Origin: Candidatus Brocadiia bacterium
Lineage (GTDB): Bacteria; Planctomycetota; Brocadiia; CAIUPP01
Reading direction: 5' to 3'
Assembly (NCBI GenBank): GCA_050015075.1
Contig: JBEKCB010000015.1
Coordinates: 1 to 64,000 of the forward strand
DNA length: 64,000 nt
Made by a program: the position numbers and the translations under genes. Each line of letters begins with the position of its first letter. The first letter of the stretch is position 1. Of this stretch, positions 49,706-59,023 are shown in pieces. The notes beneath the pieces are model-generated. The model had not been told where the DNA came from. It worked only from the letters and a program-made list of their open reading frames with translations, and did not search any database.

Positions 49706-50071
49706 ATGGCCCGGAAGATCGCGAGCGTTGCGGACCTGAACGCGCTGAAGGCGAAGGCGCAGGGCGACGTGGACCTCCGCAGCGGGGCGAAGGAGATCGT
49801 GGCGACCGTCCACATGGGCACGTGCGGCATCGCTGCGGGCGCGCGCGACGTGCTCGCAGAGTTCCTTGCCAGCCCGGACGTTGCCGGGCGCGTCACGCTC
49901 CGCCAGACCGGTTGCCTGGGCCTCTGCGACCAGGAGCCGATGATGACGCTGCTGGACAATTCCGGCAAGAAGTTCGTCTACGGAAAGCTCGACAAGCACA
50001 GGACGCGCGAGATCATCCGCGAGCACATCGTCGGCGGCAGACCCGTGGCGCGGTATCTGATTCAGAGCTGA
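49706..50071 (+). CDS. thioredoxin-like [2Fe-2S] subunit (HydD/HndB-like)
   Basis: HMGTCGIAAGA, QTGCLGLCDQEP. Confidence 0.88.
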   Translation: MARKIASVADLNALKAKAQGDVDLRSGAKEIVATVHMGTCGIAAGARDVLAEFLASPDVAGRVTLRQTGCLGLCDQEPMMTLLDNSGKKFVYGKLDKHRTREIIREHIVGGRPVARYLIQS

Positions 50072-50075
50072 CCTC

Positions 50076-50173
50076 TAGGCGATTGGGAGATTGGGTGATT
50101 AGGAGATTGGGACATTCGGAGGCTTGCGCAACCCAATCCCCCAATCTCCTAAACTCCTAATTTCCGAATTTCC
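50076..50173. repeat. octamer tandem-unit inverted repeat inside the hydrogenase operon
   Basis: ggcgattg-ggagattg-ggtgatta-ggagattg ... ccaatccc-ccaatctc-ctaaactc-ctaatttc-cgaatttcc. Confidence 0.8.
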
Positions 50174-50203
50174 TTTCGCAGCAAGAATGGAAGGCTGGAA
50201 GTC

Positions 50204-53200
50204 ATGAAGAGCGTTAGAAGCCACATCCTGGTGTGCACCGGCGCGGGCTGCGTCGCCTCCGGGGCGCTGGAGATCAAGTCGGCGCTCGAGGAATCGCTGC
50301 GCCAGCACGGACTGGCCGAGGAAGTGCGCGTGATCGGCACCGGCTGCCTGGGCCCGTGCGCGGTCGGCCCGGTGGCGGTCGTCCATCCGGACGGCGTGTT
50401 CTACCAGGGCATCAAGCCGGAAGACGCCGGCGTGATCGTCTCGGAGCACCTCCTGAAGGGCCGCGTCGTCGAGCGGCTCGTCTACAAGGATGCCGTCAAG
50501 GGCCGCAGCGTGCCCGCGCTGCAGGATATCGGCTTCTTCCGCAAGCAGGTCAAGAACATCCTGCGCAACTGCGGCGTGATAGACCCGCTGAAGATCGAGG
50601 AGTATATCGCCAACGACGGATACCAGGCGCTGTCGAAGGCGCTGACGGCGATGAAGCCGGAAGAGGTCATTGACTTGGTCAAGCGCTCCGGCCTGCGCGG
50701 CCGCGGCGGCGCGGGATTCCCGACCGGCCTGAAATGGGAACTGACTCGCAAGTCCGCCGGCACGACGAAATTCGTCCTCTGCAACGGCGACGAAGGCGAC
50801 CCGGGCGCGTTCATGGACCGGAGCATCCTCGAAGGCGACCCGCACAGCGTGATCGAGGGCATGGCGATCGCCGGCTACGCCATCGGCTCGTCCCAAGGCT
50901 ATGCGTACATCCGGGCGGAGTATCCGCTGGCCGTCGAGCGGTTCGGCAAGGCGCTCGTCCAGGCGCGCGAGTACGGCCTGCTCGGCAAGAACATCCTCGG
51001 GACCAGCTTCGAGTTCGACGTGGAGATCCGCATGGGCTCCGGCGCGTTCGTCTGCGGCGAGGAGACCGCGCTGATGACCTCCATCGAGGGCAAGCGCGGC
51101 GAGCCGCGTCCGCGTCCGCCGTTCCCGGCGGTCAAGGGACTCTGGGGCAAGCCGAGCCTGTTGAACAACGTCGAGACGTACTCGAACGTGCCGCTGATCC
51201 TGACGAAGGGCGTGGCCTGGTACACCGCGATCGGCTCGGCGAAGAGCAAGGGCACGAAGGTCTTCGCGCTGGCCGGCAAGGTGAACAACACCGGGCTGGT
51301 CGAGGTCCCGATCGGCACGCCGCTCGGCGAGATCATCTACGACATCGGCGGCGGCATCCCCGGCGGCAAGAAGTTCAAGGCCGCGCAGATGGGCGGGCCG
51401 TCCGGCGGCTGTATCCCGAAGGAGCATCTCAACGTGCCGGTGGACTACGAGACGCTCACCGAGCTCGGCGCGATCATGGGCTCCGGCGGCCTGATCGTGA
51501 TGGACGAGGACAGTTGCATGGTGGACGTGGCGCGGTTCTTCCTCGATTTCGTCCAGGACGAATCGTGCGGCAAGTGCGTGCCGTGCCGCATCGGCACCAA
51601 GCGCATGCTCGAGATCGTCAACCGCATCTGCGAGGGCAAAGGCCAGGAAAGCGACATCGAGCGGCTGATAGACCTGGGCGGCAAGATCAAGGACACCGCG
51701 CTCTGCGGCCTGGGCCAGACGGCGCCGAACCCCGTGCTCTCGACGATCCGCCATTTCCGCGACGAGTACGTCGCGCACATCCGCGACAAGCGCTGCCCGG
51801 CGGGCGTCTGCCCCGCGCTCGTGCGCGCGCCGTGCCAGAATGCCTGCCCGGCGGCGGTGGACGTGCCCGGCTTCGTGTCGCTCATCGGCGAGAAGCGCTA
51901 CTCCGAGGCGCTCGGCCTGCACCGCGAGCGCAACCCCTTCGCCTCCGTCTGCGCACGCGTCTGCTTCCACACCTGCGAGGACAAGTGCCGCCGCTCCACG
52001 CTCGACGACGCGCTCTCCATCCGCGGGCTGAAGCGCTACCTCGTCGAGCAGGAAGTCACGATCCAGCTTCCCGAAATCCGCGACGACGAAAAGAACGCCA
52101 AGCGCAAGATCGCCATCGTCGGCGCCGGCCCGGCCGGGCTGAGCTGCGCGTATTTCCTCGCGCGGATGGGCTATCGGCCGAACGTGTTCGAGGCCGAGCA
52201 GCGACCCGGCGGCATGCTCGTGCAGACGATCCCGGCGTACCGGCTGCCGCGCGAGGAGCTGGCGCGCGAGGTGCGGATGATCGAGCGGCTCGGCGTGGAC
52301 ATCCAGACCGGAGTGCGGCTCGGGAAGGACTTCTCGCTCACGAGCCTCCGCAACGAGGGATACGAGGCGGTGTTCCTCGGCGTCGGCGCGCCGCAGGGGA
52401 CGAACCTGGGCGTGCCCGGCGAAGAGCTGGAAGGCGTGACCGACGCGATCGGTTTCCTGCGCGAGTACAACATCCGCGGCTCGGCGCACGTCGGGCGCAA
52501 GGTGGCCGTGGTCGGCGGCGGGAACGCGGCGGTGGATGCGGCGCGGACGGCGATCCGCCTCGGCGCCGAGTCGGCGACGATCCTCTATCGCCGCAGCCGC
52601 GACGAGATGCCCGCTTACGCCGAGGAGATTGACGAAGCCGAGCACGAGGGCGTCGTCCTCAAGGTACTCGCTGCGCCGGTGGAGATTCTCGGGAAAGACG
52701 GCCATGTCGCCGGCGTCAAGTGCAGCGCCATGGTGCTCGGCGATTTCGACCGCAGCGGCCGCCGCCGCCCGATCGAGATGAGCAGCGGCGAGTTCGTCGA
52801 AGAGGCCGACCAGGTGATCGTGGCCATCGGCCAGGCGGTGGACGCGGACAGCCTGCGCAACGGCGTGGACCTGAAGCTGACCCGGAGCAAGTTCATCGAG
52901 ATCAACCCGGTGAACGGGCAGACCTCGGTGCCGTGGATTTTCGCCGGCGGCGACGCCGCCACGGGCCCGTCGTCGGTGGCCGAGGCGGTCGGCAGCGGCG
53001 AGAGCGCCGCCGTCGGGATGGACGAGATGCTCACCGGCGCGAAGCACGCGTTCTGGCGCGTCGAGCGCGACGTCGGGACGGCGTTCGACCCGGAGGCCGA
53101 CCCGGTGCAATATCCGCGCGCGCAGATGCAGTTGATCCCCGTCGCCCGCCGCCGGCAGAACTTCAGCGAGGTGGAGCAGCCGTTCGGCCCGCAGGACGCG

Positions 53201-53251
53201 CTGCGCGAAGCGAAGCGGTGCCTGCGATGCGATTACCGGGCCAAAGAATAA
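50204..53251 (+). CDS. NuoF-like flavoprotein subunit (HydB/HndC) fused to a GltD/NfnB-like FAD oxidoreductase
   Basis: GLRGRGGAGF, NGDEGDPGAFMDR, GAFVCGEET, GGPSGG, ESCGKCVPCRIG; then APCQNACP, GAGPAGL, GGGNAAVD, YRR, FAGGD. Confidence 0.92.
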   Translation: MKSVRSHILVCTGAGCVASGALEIKSALEESLRQHGLAEEVRVIGTGCLGPCAVGPVAVVHPDGVFYQGIKPEDAGVIVSEHLLKGRVVERLVYKDAVKGRSVPALQDIGFFRKQVKNILRNCGVIDPLKIEEYIANDGYQALSKALTAMKPEEVIDLVKRSGLRGRGGAGFPTGLKWELTRKSAGTTKFVLCNGDEGDPGAFMDRSILEGDPHSVIEGMAIAGYAIGSSQGYAYIRAEYPLAVERFGKALVQAREYGLLGKNILGTSFEFDVEIRMGSGAFVCGEETALMTSIEGKRGEPRPRPPFPAVKGLWGKPSLLNNVETYSNVPLILTKGVAWYTAIGSAKSKGTKVFALAGKVNNTGLVEVPIGTPLGEIIYDIGGGIPGGKKFKAAQMGGPSGGCIPKEHLNVPVDYETLTELGAIMGSGGLIVMDEDSCMVDVARFFLDFVQDESCGKCVPCRIGTKRMLEIVNRICEGKGQESDIERLIDLGGKIKDTALCGLGQTAPNPVLSTIRHFRDEYVAHIRDKRCPAGVCPALVRAPCQNACPAAVDVPGFVSLIGEKRYSEALGLHRERNPFASVCARVCFHTCEDKCRRSTLDDALSIRGLKRYLVEQEVTIQLPEIRDDEKNAKRKIAIVGAGPAGLSCAYFLARMGYRPNVFEAEQRPGGMLVQTIPAYRLPREELAREVRMIERLGVDIQTGVRLGKDFSLTSLRNEGYEAVFLGVGAPQGTNLGVPGEELEGVTDAIGFLREYNIRGSAHVGRKVAVVGGGNAAVDAARTAIRLGAESATILYRRSRDEMPAYAEEIDEAEHEGVVLKVLAAPVEILGKDGHVAGVKCSAMVLGDFDRSGRRRPIEMSSGEFVEEADQVIVAIGQAVDADSLRNGVDLKLTRSKFIEINPVNGQTSVPWIFAGGDAATGPSSVAEAVGSGESAAVGMDEMLTGAKHAFWRVERDVGTAFDPEADPVQYPRAQMQLIPVARRRQNFSEVEQPFGPQDALREAKRCLRCDYRAKE

Positions 53252-53264
53252 GGAGTCGTGCGGC

Positions 53265-55037
53265 ATGCCATCACTGACGATTGACCAGATCCCGGTCGAA
53301 GTCCCCGACGGGACGACTATCCTCGATGCCGCGCACAAGGCGGGCATCATGGTGCCGACGCTGTGCTACCTGGAGAACGTCCAGGCGATCGGCGCGTGCC
53401 GCGTCTGCGTCGTCGAGGTCGAGGGCGCCAAGACGCTCATCGCCTCGTGCGTGGCGCCGGCGGCGAACGGGATGAAAGTTCAGACCAACTCCCGCCGCGT
53501 CCGCGAGGCGCGCCGCATGGTCGTCGAGATGCTCCTCTCGGACCACGACGGCGACTGCCAGACCTGCGACCGCAGCGAGAATTGCGAGCTCCAGTCGCTC
53601 GCGCGCGAGCTCGGCATCCGCCAGGTGACCTACGCCGGCGACAAGAGCCGCAAGATTGTGGATTCCAGCACGCCCGCGCTCAAGCGCGACACGTCGAAGT
53701 GCGTGCTCTGCCGGCGCTGCATCACCGTCTGCAACGAGATCCAGGGCGTCGGCGCGCTGCAGCCGCAGTACCGCGGGTTCAAGACCGTCGTCGGCCCGGC
53801 GTTCTGCAGCGAGCTGAAGGACGTCGTCTGCGTGCAGTGCGGCCAGTGCGGCGCGGTTTGCCCGGTCGGCGCGATCACCGAGCGAGAGGACATTGACGAG
53901 GTCTGGGCCGCGCTGGACGACCCGAAAAAGCACGTCGTCGTTCAGACCGCCCCGGCGATCCGCGCGGCGCTCGGAGAGTGCTTCGGCTATCCGCCCGGCA
54001 CGCTCGTGACCGGCAAGATGGTCAGCGCGCTGCGGCGGCTCGGCTTCGACGCGGTCTTCGACACCAACTTCGCCGCCGACCTGACGATCATGGAGGAAGG
54101 CACCGAGTTGCTCACGCGCCTCAAGCAGGCCCTGGTCGAGAAGAAGCCGGTCGCGCTGCCGATGTTCACGAGCTGTTCGCCCGGCTGGATCAAGTACCTG
54201 GAGCATTTCTATCCGGAGATGCTGCCGAACCTCTCGACGTGCAAATCGCCGCAGCAGATGTTCGGCGCGCTCGCGAAGACGTACTACGCGCAGAAGATCG
54301 GCCGGAAGGCGGAGGAGATCACCGTCGTCTCGGTCATGCCGTGCACCGCGAAGAAGTTCGAGGCGCGGCGTCCGGAGATGGACGGCAGCGGCGTGCGCGA
54401 CGTGGACGTGGTGCTGACCACGCGCGAGCTCGGGCGGATGATCCGGCAGGCCGGGATTGATTTCGCCTCGCTGCCGGACGGAAAGATGGATTCGCCGCTG
54501 GGAGTGTCTTCGGGCGCGGCGGATATCTTCGCGAACACCGGCGGCGTGATGGAGGCGGCGCTGCGGACGGCGTACGAGATCGCCACCGGGCGGCCGCTGC
54601 CGTTCGAGAACCTGCACGTGAAGCCGATCGAGGGACTCGAGGGCGTGAAGGCCGCGTCGTTCCAGATCACCGGCGCGCTGCCGGCGTGGTCGTTCCTGGA
54701 AGGCGTCACGCTGAGCGTCGCGGTGGCGCACGGGCTGTCGAACGCGCGGAAGGTTATCGAGCGCATCAAGTCCGGAGAGGGCGCGTATCACTTCGTCGAA
54801 ATCATGACCTGTCCGGGCGGCTGCATCGGCGGCGGCGGACAGCCGCGGTTGACGACGAACGCAGTGCGGAAGGCGCGCATCGCGGCGATCTACAAGGAAG
54901 ACGAAGGCAAGAAACTGCGCAAGTCGCATGAGAATCCGGAGGTCCAGCAGATCTACCGCGAATTCCTCGGTGCGCCGCTCAGCGAAAAGTCGCACCACCT
55001 GCTGCACACGGAATATACCGCGAGGGCGAAAGTCTAA
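53265..55037 (+). CDS. hydA: [FeFe]-hydrogenase catalytic subunit, group A (HydA/HndD)
   Basis: H-cluster motifs TSCSPGW, MPCTAKKFE, EIMTCPGGCIGGGGQP; N-terminal [2Fe-2S], His-ligated [4Fe-4S] and 2x[4Fe-4S]. Confidence 0.96.
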   Translation: MPSLTIDQIPVEVPDGTTILDAAHKAGIMVPTLCYLENVQAIGACRVCVVEVEGAKTLIASCVAPAANGMKVQTNSRRVREARRMVVEMLLSDHDGDCQTCDRSENCELQSLARELGIRQVTYAGDKSRKIVDSSTPALKRDTSKCVLCRRCITVCNEIQGVGALQPQYRGFKTVVGPAFCSELKDVVCVQCGQCGAVCPVGAITEREDIDEVWAALDDPKKHVVVQTAPAIRAALGECFGYPPGTLVTGKMVSALRRLGFDAVFDTNFAADLTIMEEGTELLTRLKQALVEKKPVALPMFTSCSPGWIKYLEHFYPEMLPNLSTCKSPQQMFGALAKTYYAQKIGRKAEEITVVSVMPCTAKKFEARRPEMDGSGVRDVDVVLTTRELGRMIRQAGIDFASLPDGKMDSPLGVSSGAADIFANTGGVMEAALRTAYEIATGRPLPFENLHVKPIEGLEGVKAASFQITGALPAWSFLEGVTLSVAVAHGLSNARKVIERIKSGEGAYHFVEIMTCPGGCIGGGGQPRLTTNAVRKARIAAIYKEDEGKKLRKSHENPEVQQIYREFLGAPLSEKSHHLLHTEYTARAKV

Positions 55038-55087
55038 GCGGGCGCGGAATACGCACTGGCCGGATTTGCCGACGAGAGGTTTATCCC

Positions 55088-55990
55088 ATGCTGTCCGCGT
55101 TTCACCTGCTTCTGTCTTACAAGTGCACCCTCGCGTGCGATCACTGCTTCCTCTACTCCGCGCCGAGTGCCCGAGGCACCATGACCATCGGGCAAATCAC
55201 GGGCGTGCTTGATGAGTCTCAGAAACTCGGCACGATCAAAGACATCTACTTCGAGGGCGGAGAGCCGTTCCTGTTCTACGCGCTCATGATCGAGGGCATT
55301 CGGCAGGCGAGGGAAAGAGGATTCAAGGCCGGCATCGTCACGAACGGTTATTGGGCGACCAGCGTGGAAGATGCCAAGCTGTGGCTCAAGCCTCTTTTAG
55401 AACTCGGCGTTTCCGACCTGACCATCAGCGATGACGAACTTCATCACGGCGCCATTGTCGAAAGCCCCGCCAAAAATGCCCTGGCCGCGGCGCAGCAACT
55501 GGGGATGCCCAGTTCCGCCTTGCGCAAAGCAAAGCCGGAAGTCGTGAAATGCTCGGCGGGCAGCCAGGAAAAGGGAACGCCCGAAATCAGCGGCGGGATC
55601 AAAATGCGCGGAAGGGCGGTTGAAAAATTCGCCAAGGGATTGCCGACGCGGCGCCGCGCGGGACTCGCGCGGTGTCCCTACGAGAATTTGTCGGAGCCGG
55701 CCAGGGTCCATCTCGACGCATACGGAAACGTTCACATCTGCCAGGGTCTCAGCATCGGCAATTTCCGGGAGAAGCCGCTATCCGCCGTCGTGAAGGACTA
55801 CGATCCGCAGCGTCATCCCATTTGCGGGCCGCTGCTTCGCGGGGGGCCGATCCGCCTGGTCGAGGAATACGGTCTCGACTTGCCCGGTGAATATGTTGAC
55901 GAGTGCCACCTGTGTTTCGCGGCGCGGCTGGCCTTGCTCGACAAGTTTCCCGAATACCTCGCTCCGAGGCAGGTTTATGGACTCGCGTAG
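55088..55990 (+). CDS. radical SAM protein
   Basis: CTLACDHC, EGGEPFL, VTNGYW, extra C-terminal cysteines (DECHLC). Confidence 0.9.
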   Translation: MLSAFHLLLSYKCTLACDHCFLYSAPSARGTMTIGQITGVLDESQKLGTIKDIYFEGGEPFLFYALMIEGIRQARERGFKAGIVTNGYWATSVEDAKLWLKPLLELGVSDLTISDDELHHGAIVESPAKNALAAAQQLGMPSSALRKAKPEVVKCSAGSQEKGTPEISGGIKMRGRAVEKFAKGLPTRRRAGLARCPYENLSEPARVHLDAYGNVHICQGLSIGNFREKPLSAVVKDYDPQRHPICGPLLRGGPIRLVEEYGLDLPGEYVDECHLCFAARLALLDKFPEYLAPRQVYGLA

Positions 55991-56381
55991 CCCCCCGGCG
56001 TTCGTGATGGTCGTGGACGACGATCTCGACTTCCTGGAGATCTGCCGCCACGTGCTGCAGGCCGGCGGCTACCGCGTCGCCTGCGTCGCCGAGCCGGAGG
56101 AGGCGCTCAAGCAGATGGCCGTCGAGATGCCCGCCCTCGTCATCAGCGACCTCATGATGAAGACCCTCGACGCCGGGTTCCTGTTCGTCAAACAGCTCCG
56201 CGACGACGCGCGGTTCCGCGCCGTGCCGGTGATCATCATGACCGGCGTCGCCGGCCGGCGCGGATACGATTTCCAGCCGCGCACGGCGGAGGACCTGGCC
56301 GCCATGCGCGTGGACGCTTTCCTCACCAAGCCCGCCACGCCCGAGCAGCTCCTCGCCAAGGTGCGCGAACTCGTCGGGTGA
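55977..56381 (+). CDS. single-domain response regulator
   Basis: VVDDD, SDLMM, MTG, FLTKP. Confidence 0.88.
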   Translation: MDSRSPPAFVMVVDDDLDFLEICRHVLQAGGYRVACVAEPEEALKQMAVEMPALVISDLMMKTLDAGFLFVKQLRDDARFRAVPVIIMTGVAGRRGYDFQPRTAEDLAAMRVDAFLTKPATPEQLLAKVRELVG

Positions 56382-56404
56382 CCGCGGGCCGCAATCTTTT
56401 TGCC

Positions 56405-56433
56405 TTGACCGTGCCTCGCCGATAGCGCATAAT
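56405..56433 (+). promoter_or_regulatory. possible sigma70-type promoter of the cheB-cheR block
   Basis: TTGACC-17 bp-CATAAT. Confidence 0.55.
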
Positions 56434-56513
56434 CACTGATGAGGGGGCTTCGGGCGAAATCGCGGCAGGTGGGGTGTTTTCGTCGAGTTCACTTTCTAGG
56501 CTGGAGGCAGGCG

Positions 56514-57146
56514 ATGGGCCAGCGTGCGCGCGGCGATGCCTCCCGGGCAAAGCGCAGGGCCGCGTTCGACATCGTGGCCATCGGCGCGTCGGCGGGCGGG
56601 CTGCACGCGTTGATGGCTGTGGTGGGATCGCTGCCGGCCGACTTTCCCGCGGCGGTCGTCATCGTCCAGCACCTGGACCCGAAGCATCGCAGCATGCTGG
56701 CCGACATCCTCAGCCGCCACACGCCGCTGCGCGTCAAGGAAGCGGAGGATGGCGAGCCGGTTGCGTCCGGCGTCATCTATACGGCGCCGCCCGACCGGCA
56801 CCTGCTGGTCAACAGCGACGGCACGCTCTCGCTCTCGCGGTCGGAGTTGGTGCATTTCCTGCGGCCGTCGGCCGACCTGCTGCTGGAATCGGTGGCGGCG
56901 AGCTTCAAGCGGCGCGCCATCGCCGTGATCCTGAGCGGCACCGGCAGCGACGGCAGCATGGGCGTGAAGGCGATCAAGAAGATGGGCGGCGCGGTGATCG
57001 CGCAGGACCCGAAGACGGCGGAATTCCCGGGGATGCCCGGCGCCGCAGTCCTGACCGAATGCGTGGATTCCGTCCGGGCGCTGGACGAGATCGGGCCGAA
57101 CCTCGTGGCCCTCGTCATGAGAGAGAAACAACATGGGCAAGGGTGA
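56514..57146 (+). CDS. cheB: stand-alone CheB methylesterase domain protein
   Basis: IGASAGG, VQHL, RPSAD, LSGTGSDG; no receiver domain. Confidence 0.9.
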   Translation: MGQRARGDASRAKRRAAFDIVAIGASAGGLHALMAVVGSLPADFPAAVVIVQHLDPKHRSMLADILSRHTPLRVKEAEDGEPVASGVIYTAPPDRHLLVNSDGTLSLSRSELVHFLRPSADLLLESVAASFKRRAIAVILSGTGSDGSMGVKAIKKMGGAVIAQDPKTAEFPGMPGAAVLTECVDSVRALDEIGPNLVALVMREKQHGQG

Positions 57147-58977
57147 AGGCGCGCGGGACCTGGAGATGCTGCTGGAGTACATCCGGGACGACCGGGGCTT
57201 CGATTTTACCGGCTACAAGCGGCCCAGTCTCGATCGCCGGATCCGCAAGCGGATGGCGGACGCGCGGATCAAGACTCTGCGCCAATATCGCGACTACCTC
57301 GACGCGCACGCGGAGGAATTCACGCTGCTCTTCAACACCATCCTGATCAACGTCACGGCCTTCTTCCGGGACCCGCCGGCGTGGGATTTCCTGTGCGCGG
57401 AAGTCATCCCGAAGGTCCTGGCGGCCGGCAAGCCGGCGCAGAGCATCCGCGTGTGGAGCCCCGGCTGCGCCTCCGGCGAGGAGCCGTACACGCTTGCGAT
57501 GGTGCTGGCCGAGGCGCTCGGCGAGGCGGAATTCCATCACCGCGTTAAAATCTACGCCACGGATATGGACCAGGAAGCCCTCCGCGCGGCGCGGCGCGCC
57601 ACCTTCACCGCGAAGGCCGTCGCGTCGGTCCCGCCGGCGCTGCTCGAGAAATATTTCGAGCAGGCGGGCGATTCCTTTACCCTCCGGAGCGACATGCGCA
57701 ACGCGGTGGTCTTCGGCAGGCACGACGTGTGCCACGACGCGCCCATCTCGCACCTGGACCTGATCCTCTGCCGCAACACGCTGATGTATTTCAACAGCGA
57801 GGCGCAGGCGCGGGTGCTGGCGCAGTTCCACTTCGGGTTGAAGGACACCGGCTTTCTCTTCCTGGGCCGCGCAGAGGCGGTGCTGGCGCAGAACGAGCTT
57901 TTCACGCCGGTGAGCCTGAAGCATCGCATCTTCGCGAAGGCGGTGAAGGGCGGCGTTCGCGAGGTCGCGGAGATCGCCGCGGCGGTGGCGGCGCCGGAGC
58001 CGCTCATGCCGCCGCGCGGGCGCGATCCGCTGCTGGAATGGGTCATCAATACCGGCGGCGAAGCGCTGATCGCGGTGGACCGCGAAGGCCGCCTGGCGCT
58101 CGCCAACGACCCGGCGCGGAAGATGTTCGGCCTGAATTCCCAGGACGTGGGCCGCCCCTTCCACCAGCTCCAGCTTTCCTATCGGCCCGTGGACCTGCGC
58201 ACGATGATGGACAAGGCCTACGCGGACCGCAAACCCGTCTCGGTTTCCGACGTGCAGCGCGCCGGCCCGGACGGCGTCGAGCAGTTCCTCGACGTGAAAG
58301 TCTCCCCGCTCCACGGCGAGACCGGACAGGCCCTCGGAGTCAGCATCGTCTTCCAGGACGTGACGCGGCTGCACCAGTTGCGGGCCGAACTTCAGGGCGA
58401 CAAACAGGAACGCGAGACCGCCTACGAGGAAATCCAGTCGGCCAACGAGGAACTCGAAACCACCAACGAGGAACTTCAGTCCACCGTCGAGGAACTGCAG
58501 ACGACCAATGAGGAACTCCAATCCGCCAACCAGGAAATGGAAACGGTGAACGAGGAGTTGCAGTCCACCAACGAGGAAGTGCAGAAAATGAACGAGTTGG
58601 TGCGCCGGCGCAGCGAAGAAGCCGCCCGGGCCGGCGCCTTTCTGCAATCCATCCTCGCCAGCGTGCGCGTCGGCGTCGTGGTCGTGGACGCCGACTTCAA
58701 GGTCACGCTCTGGAATGACCGGGCCGAGGACCTCTGGGGCCTGCGCTCGAATGAAGTCGTCGGCAAGAGCCTCTTCGATCTGGATATCGGCCTGCCGATG
58801 AAAGAGACGCAACGGCGGATTCGCAGCTTCCTGGCCGAAAAGGACGGCGCAGGCGACGTGGTGATGACCGCCACGAATCGCCGGGGCAAGACGATCAAGT
58901 GCCATATGACCTGCACGCTGCGGCTGGACCCGGAAAGGAAGCGGCAGGGTGTCGTGCTGCTGATGGAAGAAGTGTGA
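57133..58977 (+). CDS. cheR: CheR methyltransferase with PAS and coiled-coil domains
   Basis: INVTAFFRD, WSPGCASGEEPY, YATD, LCRNTLMYF, repeated ELQSxNEE, PAS. Confidence 0.9.
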   Translation: MGKGEGARDLEMLLEYIRDDRGFDFTGYKRPSLDRRIRKRMADARIKTLRQYRDYLDAHAEEFTLLFNTILINVTAFFRDPPAWDFLCAEVIPKVLAAGKPAQSIRVWSPGCASGEEPYTLAMVLAEALGEAEFHHRVKIYATDMDQEALRAARRATFTAKAVASVPPALLEKYFEQAGDSFTLRSDMRNAVVFGRHDVCHDAPISHLDLILCRNTLMYFNSEAQARVLAQFHFGLKDTGFLFLGRAEAVLAQNELFTPVSLKHRIFAKAVKGGVREVAEIAAAVAAPEPLMPPRGRDPLLEWVINTGGEALIAVDREGRLALANDPARKMFGLNSQDVGRPFHQLQLSYRPVDLRTMMDKAYADRKPVSVSDVQRAGPDGVEQFLDVKVSPLHGETGQALGVSIVFQDVTRLHQLRAELQGDKQERETAYEEIQSANEELETTNEELQSTVEELQTTNEELQSANQEMETVNEELQSTNEEVQKMNELVRRRSEEAARAGAFLQSILASVRVGVVVVDADFKVTLWNDRAEDLWGLRSNEVVGKSLFDLDIGLPMKETQRRIRSFLAEKDGAGDVVMTATNRRGKTIKCHMTCTLRLDPERKRQGVVLLMEEV

Positions 58978-59023
58978 CAAAGGTTTCGAGACGATAACCG
59001 AGGATGAACAGGACTCGCGCGCG

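Noticed and set aside
50099-53350. Very long antisense or alternate-frame ORFs (e.g. 50099-53350 -, 19381-22032 -, 34035-36290 -, 60278-62707 -, 40605-42320 +)
   Set aside because: Shadow ORFs of high-GC genes: Arg/Ala/Gly/Pro-rich, no family motifs, fully overlapping well-supported genes
54165-54190. HydA motif TSCSPGW instead of TSCCPxW
   Set aside because: A common variant among multimeric group A [FeFe]-hydrogenases; the other motifs are canonical
58425-58600. 21-nt periodic repeat
   Set aside because: Encodes the standard ELQSxNEE coiled coil of CheR/PAS proteins
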